Of a stretch of DNA of 64,000 nucleotides, positions 51,551 to 64,000 are shown in pieces. The stretch covers positions 19,964,001-20,028,000 of the forward strand of contig CM119372.1 in assembly GCA_051294905.1 (NCBI GenBank), written 5' to 3'. Made by a program: the position numbers and the translations under genes. Numbering within the stretch: the first letter of the stretch is position 1; each line of letters begins with the position of its first letter. The notes below the pieces were generated by a model, which had not been told where the DNA came from, did not search any database, and saw only the letters and a program-made list of their open reading frames with translations. Origin of the DNA: Botryllus schlosseri. Lineage: Eukaryota.

Positions 51551-52382
51551 GCATTTGAAAAAATCGTCCAGGTTTCATAAAGTTGCCAATGCATATGGTA
51601 ATGCAGGCATATTACATAAATATGGTGTATTAATAGAGTAAATTTATCAGCTTTATTTATAGGTTTATTTTATCAATTCAAGACGACACCACAAGATTGT
51701 GATACAATATAACGATAGGAGTCCGAACGACTAGCTGTAGAATATTTTTTTAATCAGACACCCATCGGGGTCTACGATAACTGGCTCTCCTTGGGCTAGA
51801 ACAGGGGTGTCCAATCTTTTTGCTATTCATGACCGCATTTGATTACTTCTATAGCGCACGGCTGCATGTCAGCAGACAGTCGTAAGGACCTCCTGAACGC
51901 AAACGAATGTAAAATTGGCTATCGATTCGCCCTTGAGCTTTCTGCGCCATCACTTCCTGCTTATAAAATATTTTGCGCATGACAGTTTCTAATTGTAGAA
52001 GCAGACTGCAAAGCCCCTTTCCACTGTGGGCCATTTCATCGCTGACCTTATGCATACCATTCGCCAAAATCCACACACGTCATCCGCAGCGCAAACAAAT
52101 CCGGAACGATCCCGGAATACATGCAATATGCAACGGCTTACTATAGGCACCGAAATCGCAAGTATTAATGTTATGAAAAGTCAGTGTGCATTCATTGTCT
52201 AGTCACGCAATGCGTGATTAAAAAAAAAAGTAATGAATGGATTTTCATACTCTATTAGCCCACGTGATCAGATTTACCGGTAGAGGTGATCGAGGTGCTG
52301 TCATCGATAATTGAGGAACGTAATTACTAATTTATGCACCTCCTGGTGAGCCGGTGGTTATATATTTACCTGATGTATGTTG

Positions 52383-52821
52383 CAGAGATGAGCAATTGAG
52401 CATGGATTAGGATTAGGTTTTGAAAAAACAGGATTTGTGAAATTTTGTCGGATTTGGATTGGATTTGGATTAGACATTTTTTTCAGAACGGATTAGGATT
52501 TGGATTGGATTTACCGATTTTCTGGGAGATTGAAATGTCGTGTGGCGAATGGCGACAAACTTTATTCAGATCAGTTATTAATGTACTTATGGTTACTAAG
52601 TTATCTTGAATCAAGTGAATCGCTGGTTGTGAAAGAAAATTTTCGAATCCCTCCATTGCATAAATTAGTATTTTTTCTGAATTTACAGTTGGAATCGGAT
52701 TAGGATTGGACATGCATGGACTTGAATATAAAAAAGTTATGGATTAGGATTTGGATTTGGATTTGAAGGTTCGGATTTGGATTGGATTAGGACATAGAAT
52801 TTTCAAATCCGCTCATCTCTA
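52383..52821. mobile_element. hAT MITE with ggatt-rich interior
   Basis: TIRs cagagatgagc / gctcatctcta; perfect 8-bp TSD GTATGTTG. Confidence 0.9.
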
Positions 52822-53466
52822 GTATGTTGTTATTTCGTGACTCCCGTAAGGACTGTCGCTAGGCAACAGATATTGGAATGATGGAATCACCTATAGGGTT
52901 GCATGTAAAACAAAACTCAATTTAAAACAATCATGTTTAAAACAAGGTCCTTGTTTAAAACATGTTTTTTAAAGCCATGACATCACGAATATTCGATTGT
53001 GATGTCATAGTGGGTTGACACTGACGATTGAAAATATAGGGTAGAAAAAATAGGCTTCCAACCCCTGTTTTATACGGGCCAAAAATATCTTTAACCAGCA
53101 GGACTACATCGTCATGTATCATTTTTACGGTCGGCGGTCATCGTCATCAGAACAATCATTCCGTTCCAATGATCGATTTCTACGTAATATAGCTGCTGAA
53201 CCGGCTATTTCGAGGGTTTCAACCATCCCATATCGTATACATCTGCTATATCGGGTGGTAGTCATCAGTAGGTTCATACAACATGTTCTTTGGAAAGTAT
53301 TTATACAATTATGGCATAATTATACAATTTAAAAAATCAACAATTTTTTTTAAAAGGCCTTTGTTCAAAACGAAGTGTGCATGTGCAATGCATGACCTAG
53401 AACAACGGCGATCGACCTGTGGTCGTCGACAAACATTTGTGCAGTTATTCGGTCGTAATTCAATAA

Positions 53467-53585
53467 CCCTGCTGTGTTATAGCCGCCGCGAATACGAATG
53501 TACGAATTGGCCTGCCATTCCTTGGACAATTTTATTCGTGCTACGAGTGAGATTGTGTCAGAGTCAGGTATTCACCAGCTTTCCA
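53467..53585 (+). pseudogene. Possible pepsin-family aspartic protease C-terminal relic
   Basis: CVIAAANTNVRIGLPFLGQFYSCYE*DCVRVRYSPA aligns by eye to the ILGDxFLxxFYxVFDxxxxRVGFA motif; in-frame TGA at 53548. Confidence 0.35.
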
Positions 53586-55094
53586 ATCGCTACCTTTGAT
53601 CAAGCTCAAGCCCATAACTGCCAATGGCATGATTGTAGGTCAGCATCGTTGCAGTCAGTATGGAACGATGTGGTAGGCCTATACTCAGCTTTGTTAGTTT
53701 TATGTTTCTTAAAGGTGTTTTTCCAACAGCTCGTGGTCCTGTAGTGCCGACCTGAATTTACTCTCAATAGTATTACGTTTCGTCAGCGTATTTTATCAGC
53801 TATGTCGTTGCCATATCGAATTATTCTAATTGCGCACATTTTAGTAGAGATGGAAATATATAGAATTTGGAGGTCTGCAGTATCTGAGGCAATACCTCAG
53901 GAAATCTTTATAGAAAGGAGAAGGATGATGATTCTCACAAACGGAGATGCCAAAAATTGTCGGGAGTTTTTGTGACCGAGAAAGACGCCGACCTGTTTCT
54001 GAAATGGAGCATTCTGCTTTTATAATTAGAATCTGCCGTTTCACTAGCAAGCAGAAACCACAAGACCTGTCCGCGACGTGAAATATCACTCAGCAGACAA
54101 CTTAACATGGGTATTCAGTATTGTTGTGGTTGTTTATTAAATAAAAAGATTTGGTGCTTATCACTTGACGGACCTTTTCACCACGGTCAATAACATTGTA
54201 CGGGAATAATGATGAAATATAGCGGAATAAAGTGGAAACACTCAGATCATAACAGGCGGTTTCACAAGAACGCGATGTTGAAGCGGTTACACAAAAACAC
54301 AAATCAAATATCATCATAGTATGATAAACTCAAGTTACAAATTGCGGTTGCACGATAACACAAATTCAACAACATAAGGAGTTATTTGAGAATCAAGGAG
54401 TAAATCGGTAATACAAAAATTCACTTTCAACTGAGCACATTTATCGATAAGAAATTTCCGATGAAAATCATATTCTGGACAACTGATTATAAAGTGGTCC
54501 ACGGTTTCAGGGCATAGGCGCCGAGTTACGGGTGGCGGGGTGGCGCGGCCACCCCATACAATAAGATTAAACGCCCGCCGTATATGATTTCAAATCATCA
54601 GCGCTGTCAATTATCGAGTCCGTGATAGCGTGTAAATACCAACCATTTACCATTAACCGATACGCGCGCGAATAATTGCATACGCAGCTTCGTTGGGGAC
54701 GACGAACTAGTGCTTTAAACGCCCCAATAGATTGTAATCCGTGATTAGTAATCAGTACGGCGTTTTTTTTTACCTAAAAAATCAAAATTTTGACTTTTTT
54801 TAACCTAAACAAACTGAATTTTGACCAAATTTTGACCTAACGTATGCAAATTAGGTGTTTTCCCACATAATGTTAAAATTTTACCAGTTATCTTCATTTC
54901 TGGTTGGAACTGGCTGTCCTAACGCAGTAGTTTGGCCTGAAAAAACGATTTTGGCTCAGAAACAGGCAACTTTTCACATGAAAAAGCAATATTTTAACGA
55001 AATCTGGCCCTATGAAGAATTCCAGTGGTTACAATATGTATTATGGTAGAAATAATAAAAAAAATTGTAGTGCAACGAGAGATACTTTCCTACA

Positions 55095-55275
55095 TTCTGG
55101 TGTAGAAAGTGCATGCCCTTACTAAGAAGCTTGCAAAAGACGTTCAACAGCAGCAGTTGGCTGACAGCACTCAAATTGTGCTACACTGCTGGTGAAACAC
55201 CGTGTTGTTTCATTCTGACAATGTTGTCAACATCACAATTTTTCATCATGCGCTTCTTAATGTCAGAATGATGCA
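55095..55275 (-). mobile_element. hAT transposase C-terminal (dimerisation-domain) relic
   Basis: With one frameshift it reads KKRMMKNCDVDNIVRMKQHGVSPAV-AQFECCQPTAAVERLL; the PT.AAVER motif is typical of the hAT C-terminus. Confidence 0.55.
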
Positions 55276-58200
55276 ATGCCGAAGAAGTCTTTCTTCAGTT
55301 CGGATATTGCGGTACGTTGACCATAACACCATGACCACCTATTTGTTTTATTTGACACGTTATGATTCACAATGAGCAGACAATTAGCCGTTTACAACGG
55401 TAGGCCTATAACATAGGCTACAAGCTGTAAAATACCAAATGATAAGTTCTTTGACAGCGCAAAATCTACGATATAAACGAAATGCAGACGTCAAAAAAAT
55501 TTTGACTTCATGAAAAATTTTGACAAATTTTGACCTAACACTACAATTTTGACGAAATTTTGACATGTCAAAATAAAACCTCTCTAGTAATCAGTGATTA
55601 GTAATCACTGATTGCTAATCAGTCAATCGAAGCAACCTCGTTTACGGCGTCGATTTCGACACCCTTGCGCTGAGAAACACCATCTTCTCTCTCGACCAGA
55701 CGGGCGAATTCCCGTTCTCCTTCTCCTAATTAAATTGTATTTGCGCCCATATTCATTTACAAAATATTTTTCAGTTAGTTCCGTGATAGTCTCTTTAATT
55801 GGAGGCTTGGAGCGCGAAATAGGACGGTGTGCTTGTGTATGCCTGCGAATTGAAAGTCATTCCTGAGCTAAGTGGGCATATTCTTTACTCTAACAAGGCT
55901 TGCCAGCTTTTATCGCGAAATGAAACAATGCAGTTCAAACGTCGTTATAATGAGCAAACAATTGTCGCGATGTCAGACTCGGAACCCCATTATGCCGTAT
56001 GCAAGTTGAGGAATTACTGATTAGATGCGCGCGTTCTCGTTTGCTATCATCTGTAGGTTACTGATTCTTGTCTGCTCCATACACTCGTATTCCCTCGGTG
56101 TCACTTGTCAGTGTTTGATTTGTTATTAATATTGCGCATTGTGCAGTGCACCACGTTGAATTACGTTGTCAAATATTGATAAAACACGAGATTCTCGGTG
56201 GCGCAAATTCTGAATGTATTCGATTAGTGTGAACGGGAATCTTCTATGCTCCAATATACTTCATTGCTGGATGGACTCTATCGAGCGCAAGCATATCGCG
56301 GATCGAATTTCAAACCTTTGGGATTTGTATTTTTATTGGTAAAATCGCGGCATGCACCCATATTGCTCTTACTGCAGTAACACGTGGACAATTAAAAGCG
56401 CACCATTTTACGATCAAATTCGACTGGCTGATCGGGGCCTACGTAGGCCGTAGGCCCCGGGCTGATATTAAACAGCTCGTTGTCGGCAATAAAACCCCAG
56501 GTGCGTAGCCAGGTATTTTCTCATTTATAACTAGAAATCCCGTCCTTTTTAAATGCCAATTCAGTAATTCATATTATCGATACTGCGTACTGCAAATTAG
56601 CGCGAATCAGTTGTATGCGAAATAAGTCATCGCTATCTCATGTGCAATATCGTCGGTGTTTTGATTTCGCGCGTCCGCTTGCAGGCCTGCTACCGTCCGC
56701 AGAAACACTTTCGCCAAACAGTAACAATCTCTGAATGCAATATTGTTTGTGTTTATGTATCTTTTTGATTAAAACTTATGCCCGCGTCTGAACAAATTGT
56801 GCTCGTTGCCATTGCCGAATTGGGGTATTTAGGTATGACTAGAGCACCATGTAATTGTAATTATTGCGGGTTTGCGTCATGTTTGCAATTTCGTTATCAG
56901 CGCAACCTTGTCGTCCGATTGTACAGTCCGATAAAATTGATCACTGCTATGTATTTCGCACCGCGTACTGATGCTGATTTCAGCAAACAAACGACCTTAT
57001 TAGATGTGCAGATTCAACCTCATCGTTAGAAACGTAGATTTCATCGCGCGCTCTGAGAAACACCATCTCCTATCGCGATTTGACGACCAAATATACTTTT
57101 ACCTTCTACAAATTAAAGTGCATTATTTGCATCGATGAGGGCCGCAAGCCGAGTTCCAATTATTCTTTGCGAAAGTAAATCGGGAAATGCAGCAATGCAG
57201 TCAAAATCGATGTTTTAATCAGCAACCGATTGTCGCGATGCGAGCTACTCAATACTAAGTAAAATCCATTGTGTTGGCGGTCAGGAATAATTACCGATTG
57301 GCCGCGCGCGTTTGTCATCATAATTCTTGTCATGTCTTTCGTGTTCCAGAATTGTCGCACCGTGTTACTGCTCAGTCCAGCGACGAATGCCGAGTGCGCG
57401 GCAATCAATGACCTAATTTCGCAATCATCTCAGCGGTTGATCGCGTCGCGTTACATCGTGCGATATGCGTGCACAGACGAATCTCGCTAATTGGTCGCGG
57501 CCCCGCGTAACGCTGATAATACGACTTGTAGAATTGCAACTGACTATTAGCGTCAGAATGGTCATTGCAAAAGGAGGGAGTTAGGCGTTTCAAAAAAAGG
57601 GGGTTTCGACACCCCTGGCTACGCGCCTGCCGCCACCCCATGCAAAATGCAATGTTCAGATTTCAAGCGAAACAGGATGCCATCTATGAGCCGATTTTTA
57701 TTCAGTATTCATGGCGGTCAGGTGGTCTCTAATGGCGGTCCGCTGGGATGCGGTCGTACGCTATAGAAGTAATTGAAATAGTCCGTGAATATCGAAATGG
57801 CTGGCTGCCCCTAGCCTAGAAGATGTAAATGACAAGTAAGGTTGCACACTGAATTATATGCAACTAAAGATAACATAAATGGACATTGGACAGGCGGTGA
57901 AAATGAAGTGGCATGGCATGTGTCGATAGCCGAGGTCGTATGTCAGATCGGTGTCTTCCTCAAGTCCGCCATCAGGTATTGATACGGTCTCCGGTTCATG
58001 TGCGTTAGATGTCTTACTGATTAAGCGCAAATTAAAGCATGAATAAATGATCCATTTCGATTATCTTTTATGCCCGAGTGATTATTGCGCACGTTACAAG
58101 ACCGCAGATCTCGTATTGCTGTCATACGTTATCGTGGTTTGAGATGGAAAATGATTTTTCGAGTCACGCTCGAAACCGCATCGGATGAATTTTGCTATGT

Positions 58201-58449
58201 CCTGTAGTTGCGTGTGGTCGAAAAATACTGACGATCCGTGTTTCTTACTCTTTTCATCTCTTATATGTCTCATGGGAAAGGCTTGTGGTCGGTCTGTTTT
58301 CCAGAAAAACCCATTAGGAGCACAACATGTTTTGCACTTCCAGCTGGGATTCGCGAAATGCTTAAATATATATAGAAAGCTGTCAATTGTTTATTACACA
58401 GTAATACTAGTACTTTTCCTGTAGATGGATCAAACCTATATATGAGTAG

Positions 58450-58960
58450 GGAAGAAAAATCATTTCTCCGTGATATATATAAATGATCTCCCTAGTGACT
58501 GAACCCATTTAAGAATTGATTACGTTTTGGTATTTTGCCACTTTCGACTCGCTTTTGTTATCATTACTCATATATATGAATAACTCTACGGCGTGATATT
58601 GGTCTGTTTACCATTCTATCACAATGAACTCGATCTAGTAGCCTGCCGGGGGCATCCGACCCCGAGATAATGGAGAGCAATGCGGCGTTAAGTCCAATAG
58701 GCCTACTGCCATGGCGTATTATCTACTGTAACAAAGCACGGGAAATGCCCAATACATTCGATCTTTTTTCGGACAATGCATCCTTTGGACATGGCTGATG
58801 CTGTGTTAATTCTCCTCTACCACAAAATGTTCCTTCGGCCTTACCTCGAAAATCATACATCGAAACGTTGCAGGTACAGAGCGGCAGCCGCGTTTTTTCT
58901 GAAGCATTGCACCGAGTTATGGAATGATTTGAAGCAATTGGCGAAAAAAGAATCCGAAGC
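58450..58960 (+). mobile_element. Highly decayed CR1/L2-type LINE fragment
   Basis: IYINDLP (RT motif) near 58475 and FFLKHCTELWNDL (typical ORF2 end) near 58900. Confidence 0.45.
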
Positions 58961-59698
58961 ACAGGTCAGTGCGACCTATACTTTAATCGTTTATATCCAA
59001 GTATATTCATCCGATATTGAGATTATTCAAGTAATTTTGCAGCCCCAGATGACGTGCATTTCCAGCGAATCACTGTTGCATACATAGGCTTTCATTGCTA
59101 CCACGCCCACAGTGCAGATGACATGAACGTGTTATTGCGAGATCTATTTCTCTGTTATCTGTAATCACTACTCAGAATGCACGAATTTGATATCATCCAC
59201 AAGCCACGACTATTTTAGTGTATATGATTCACCGTAATATGATTTATGCCCCGCAGTTTAGCTAAAATGGGACTCAAAACGGGAGTGGTCCTACTGTCAT
59301 GCTATTCAGCAGTCTTCGATCTTTCTGAACATAACACGTTGAAATTTTACGATAATGATTCTACTATTTTATCTACAGTGCTTCTATGTTCCAAACAAAT
59401 CATGTAATAATATATATAGCCTATGCCTACAATATAAACTATATTTACTATTGGTAATGTTTAACATTAGGCGGAATTTAGCATGAATTTTAAGTACTCG
59501 GAGACGGAGTCAGAATCAAGGGCATTTTAACAGACTCCGACTCCAATCATTTGTGTTTCTGCACCTCCGACTCCGAAGAGTGTTACGAGCTTTCGCTGAC
59601 GACATCAAGAGATGATTTACTTGAACTCCGACTCCATATAGTACCGTGTTAGTTATTCACGAATTCAAACTGCTCAACTAAAGTAACAGCATAAAATC

Positions 59699-60329
59699 CA
59701 GAGGTTCTTAAACTGGGGCCCGTGAAAGGGTCATACGTAATCAGTAGGACGTTTTTTTTCACCTAAAAAACGGAAGGTTTTGACCTAAAAAATCAAAATT
59801 TTTACATTTTCTGACCCTAAAAATATTAATTTTGACCGAATTTGACCTAATGTATGCAAATTAGGTGTTTCTCCAGATAATGTTAGAATTGTACTACTTA
59901 TCCTCATTTCTGGCTGGAACTGTCTGGTCTTACGAAATAGTTTGGCCTGAAAAAAAGTTTTTTGCCTCAAAAACTGACAAATTTTTACATGGGAAAACTT
60001 TATTTTACCGAAATCTGGCCCTGTAAATAATTCCAGTAGGTACATTACGCATTACGGTAGAGATAATTTAAAAAGTTTTACCTTTGTAAAAAGTTTGACA
60101 TTTTTTGACCCAACGCTACAATTTTTACCTAATTTTGACTTTATTTTTTTAGTCAACTCACGAATATTTAGCTGTAAAAATGTAATTTCACTGTCGAGCT
60201 GTAAAGTTGAGTTTGTTTTAGTCAACTCGCCGGTGATTACAGTTTATATGCCCATTTTTCTTTGGGGGACGATGATCGATGTGAAGCTTGAAAAGGGGGC
60301 GATGAGTCGAGAAAGGTTGGGAACCACTG
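59699..60329. mobile_element. Composite hAT MITE; its internal cagtagggcg/ttttgac-rich segment is shared with 54755-55030 and ~13925-14030
   Basis: cagaggttcttaaactgggg ... ggttgggaaccactg termini; 59740-60030 aligns with 54755-55030. Confidence 0.65.
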
Positions 60330-60982
60330 GCCTAAATGGAGTTCATCTTGAATTTATGGCCTTTAAGTAATCATCTACTGAAATTTTGGAGGTACCCGCA
60401 ACCGCCCACAACACTTGAAGGAGTCCGCAATCAAAAAGCTTTACGAACCCCAGATAATCGAATCATGTATCAACCAAGCCATCAACAATGTTTTGTTGTG
60501 TTTGTCCTGGTCAAAGATCTTCTTTGGTCCGTTTAAGGCAGGGGCCGAGAACTATATTCTCCCTACATTTTCAATTCAAATCCCAGGGAGTCATTTTACA
60601 TGGTCAACAAACAGTGACGTCAAAATGGAGGATTCCTGGCGCTATGTATACATTGTATAGGCCCAAAATTGAGGCTCAATACTTGGGATTCGACGTGTGC
60701 GTCATGTTTTATGGGTTTGTTGGTTACACTGCATCCTCCATAAGTCTGTATTGACATTATAAAAGATTTAGTATAGGTATACTCTTGGCAATGAACGCTT
60801 GGCTTGGGCAGACTAGCACTCTGAAATCGCAAAGCCTACTAATTACATAAAATCCAATCATTACTGAGGAGAATGAATAAAATTATCGATGAAATCAGTG
60901 AACTCGAAGACATACCGAATTAAATAAAAGGCGTGGTCCGTGTTTTAGACGCGTTTGTTTCAAATTAATATTTGCTTTAAAT

Positions 60983-61962
60983 CAGGCCCGGCCAACCCGT
61001 GGCCCGCGAGAAGGTTTTGAGTGGCCCGCGAGGTAATTTCCGGAATTTCTAATATAATCAAAAATGGATTGCGCAGATTGTGAACTTGTAAGACCAACAA
61101 AAAATTTGATTAGTCTGGCCGCAACACTTGAGATGTCATGACTAAAATATCACTGCCAACGCATTGACAGATCCATCAGCCATTCTGCCATTGGTATATC
61201 TTCGTACACTACAATAAAGCTTGGCGAGATAGCGTAGTGGTCTAATCCGCGGCTGCAACACCAATGGGTTGCGGTCTCGAGTCCGACCGAGGTCGACTTC
61301 CGATTTCCTATACAAAAGTGTTGGAGCTTTATCTGGGCTCCTTCTCGCCACATCATCCGCGTAAGCGGTGTCTTACCAAAAGCCTAGACGTAGGCCGTGC
61401 TAAGTCGACAGTCACGGAATAATAAAAAAAATATACATATCGGCCTGGTGTAAATGACCATAGTAGTCGACAAACACCATGAATACCACAAACGATAACA
61501 ACTACTATAAAGCAGAATAATTTGCGATAGATTTATTAATAGTAGCGCAACATGCTGTCACTCGATTTTTTGTTTTTAATATTGTTGCCTTTTTGTGAAA
61601 AGGGAAGAATACGTAATGTATCAGATTGAGTCTAATTATATTCGCGACTACGGGAAAAAGTGTCGTTCAACATATGCGACCTTGCGTTTCCGCTTGCAGT
61701 AAGACCATCAACTATGAAACCTAGGCACGAAATGATTGACGCATGTTGGTCACAGTTTTCGATATCGATATATCCATGCGCCGAATAGCCCAGTCCTCGC
61801 AAACTTAGACAAGCGATATACAGCAGGCCCGCAATATAGTCAAGTGACAACATTATTGACCAATGAACTTCAAAAAAATTTCGCGCTTGGCGCGGTTAGT
61901 GGCCCGCGCAATAGTTCGTCAATCGAATGTGGCCCTTTGGCTGAAAAGGTTGGCCAGCCCTG
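60983..61962. mobile_element. hAT non-autonomous element (980 bp) containing a nested SINE
   Basis: TIRs caggcccggccaacc / ggttggccagccctg; perfect 8-bp TSD CTTTAAAT. Confidence 0.88.
61223..61500 (+). mobile_element. tRNA-derived SINE
   Basis: Pol III A box (tagcgtagtgg) and degenerate B box (gtctcgagtcc) in a tRNA-like head. A body fragment recurs at ~4615-4680, and the 3' tail cctggtgtaaatgaccatagta recurs at ~2838 (+) and ~13045 (-). Confidence 0.7.
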
Positions 61963-62660
61963 CTTTAAATGCAACCCTAGCAATGAAGGTTTGACCAGTA
62001 TTGACATTATTAATCCGTCAAGGGAATAGTGACCGGTTGTATAATTTTACAAAACATATTGATGCAGCCTAGTAGCCTGAAAGTTGAGATTATTCACTGT
62101 TATTTGCATGTGATGATACTGTTGATATAGATATTAAATACGCTCTCATAAATAAGATGAGTAATTACAGCGATCGATCCGCAGAGACTTCTTATAAAAT
62201 TATGTGGACTGGATAACACTATTTAACACTTTACGAGTCATCATTTCGGATTCGATTCGGATGGTAATATAAAATTGGCTCGTCATAGGCTAAACAACAC
62301 CTTTCAATCCATCAGACTAATTTACAACAGCTATATGCATTTTTAATAACCACACAGCGACTTATAAATTTAGCTTTTGCGCTTTATTTGTGCAACGCTC
62401 CCTTACACCGCAAAAGATTATTCCTATTGCAGATGTAAAAGGCAACAGCTACATTTAGGAATCGTCCTGAGAATATGCAATCCGTAACCTTCATTATGGT
62501 GACTGGATGGACAAATACCGTGTGGCGAAATCAGTGTGTCGAAACACTACATAATGGATGAATATCCTCATTAATTTTACAGATCTCATGTATGCACCGT
62601 CTATAAACCGCGTGTGAAGCAGAGAACTTCATGACACATTTGAATAAAATATTCATTTTA

Positions 62661-62696
62661 TTCCCGAAGCTTTTCGGCTGACCCTCGTCAGGGGAA
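62661..62696 (-). ncRNA. Minimal type I hammerhead ribozyme in the PLE 3' pseudo-LTR
   Basis: Minus strand reads UUCCC-CUGACGA-GGGUCAGCC-GAA-AAGCUU-C-GGGAA: stem I, CUGANGA core, short stem II, GAAA, palindromic stem III AAGCUU and a UUC cleavage triplet (cut between 62666 and 62665). AAUAAA follows immediately. Confidence 0.85.
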
Positions 62697-62840
62697 TATC
62701 GTCAGCAATAATGCGAGGATTCGAATAACTATGTTCAGCAACAATATATATCGCTAATTATGACGTCACACAGAAAATATACAAAGTTAGGAAAACGAGA
62801 GAACTGAAGCGTTGGCATGGAGATAGCGAAGCAAAACAAG

Positions 62841-64000
62841 TTAATGCGCGATTTTCAAATGATACACAAATTCTTTCTGTTGGCATAGACTAGGTTTGCT
62901 CATAGTGATGATGGTGGACTCAAGAACAGACAAATGAAATAAATTGCGACCCTTAGCCAATATAGAGAACATGTCCTCGTGATAGTTAGCAGCACACGTA
63001 TGATTTTCTAGTAAATGTTTGCCTATAGAAGATTTTTGACCCATGGCCTGGTTATGTTCAAGAACAAGCGGATTGTTAAGCTGCGAATTTGAGATATAAG
63101 ATTTGACAGATGGTGGAATGTGTTCTTTGATACGGTCCTGCAACCGTTTGGAAGTTCTCCCTACGTACCGACAATCGCAGTGGCACTTGAATTCATAAAT
63201 TACGTTGCTTTGTTTTATAGCCGGGAGAACGTCCTTTCGGGTTGCAGGAAACATTGGTATCGTGGTAAAAACAACATTGGTTTTCACCGCTGGATAACAG
63301 CGGTAGACTGCTGAAGTTATCTGTGTCTCAAATCGATAAGAAACCGGGCCAATCCAAGGAAGATGAATGTACACATCCCTATTTTCACGAGAAATTACTT
63401 CGGGGGTTTCTTCTGGTTTGGTATCATTCCAATGACTTAACTTTTTACTTATTGTCCGCTTAATAACATACTCTGGGTATCCGTTGTCAATGAAAATTTT
63501 ACGGATGTAGTCAAGTTCATTATTCAATTTGACCTCGGAACAAATCATCAACGCCCGGTGAACCAAGGTGCCGATTAAATTGATTTTACGACTTTTTGGG
63601 CTGAAAGAGCTCCATCGAAGGTAATGACCCGAAAATGTGGGCTTCCTATAAACGGAGGTAAGGAATTTTCCATCCCGTTTCTCCACAAGAACGTCAAGGA
63701 ATGCCAGGCGATTGTTAATTTCTTTTTCCGACGTGAATTGCAATGCTGGATGTAGTTTGTTTAAATTTTCCAGGAAAGTATCACAGTCAGATTCATTATC
63801 GAATATCACGAACGTGTCATCGACATAGCGATGGTATGATAAGGGCGGTTTAATAGAAGAAGAGAAGATCTTATCTTCATGAAATCCTACAAATATATTG
63901 GCTAGAATAGGACCCAATGGTGATCCCATTGCTACACCATCAGATTGTCGGAACATGATATTGTTGAAACTAAATTCAACAGAACACACAGCGTTTCTCA
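62841..64000 (-). mobile_element. Penelope-like element ORF (reverse transcriptase + GIY-YIG endonuclease), 5'-truncated by the window edge
   Basis: RT motifs QSDGVAMGSPLGPILANIF and RYVDD; TSVYRKPT; C-terminal VIYEFKCHCDCRYVGRTSKRLQDRIKEH (GIY-YIG). No stops over >380 codons. Confidence 0.95.

Noticed and set aside
60390-60660. Protein-like 81-aa ORF (LKESAIKKLYEPQ...)
   Set aside because: No splice context or recognisable motif, so it cannot be supported.
61223-61295. tRNA gene
   Set aside because: The B box is degenerate, there is no clean cloverleaf, and it continues into a repeat body and tail found elsewhere; a SINE head.

Overview
AT-rich, repeat-dense eukaryotic genomic DNA. It is probably a marine invertebrate such as an ascidian; this is an inference from the 64-nt introns and the TE families present. 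One complete host gene can be reconstructed by hand: a 10-exon organic solute transporter alpha (SLC51A/OST-alpha-like) gene on the + strand at 7702-19250, 372 aa, with all splice phases consistent. At about 30.5-38.35 kb lies a tandem array of P-element/THAP9-type transposase-derived genes: a THAP zinc finger plus the P-transposase N-terminal region, truncated before the catalytic domain. One copy has lost its THAP finger and takes its ATG from a MITE. The right end holds a Penelope-like retroelement (RT + GIY-YIG, - strand, ORF open to the window edge) with a minimal type I hammerhead ribozyme in its 3' pseudo-LTR. A diverged hammerhead copy with compensatory changes sits at 21 kb. The rest is mostly non-autonomous hAT elements (several with perfect 8-bp TSDs, some carrying cargo or nested inserts), a ~590-bp foldback palindrome, a tRNA-derived SINE, LINE and hAT transposase relics, minisatellites and a few decayed coding fragments.
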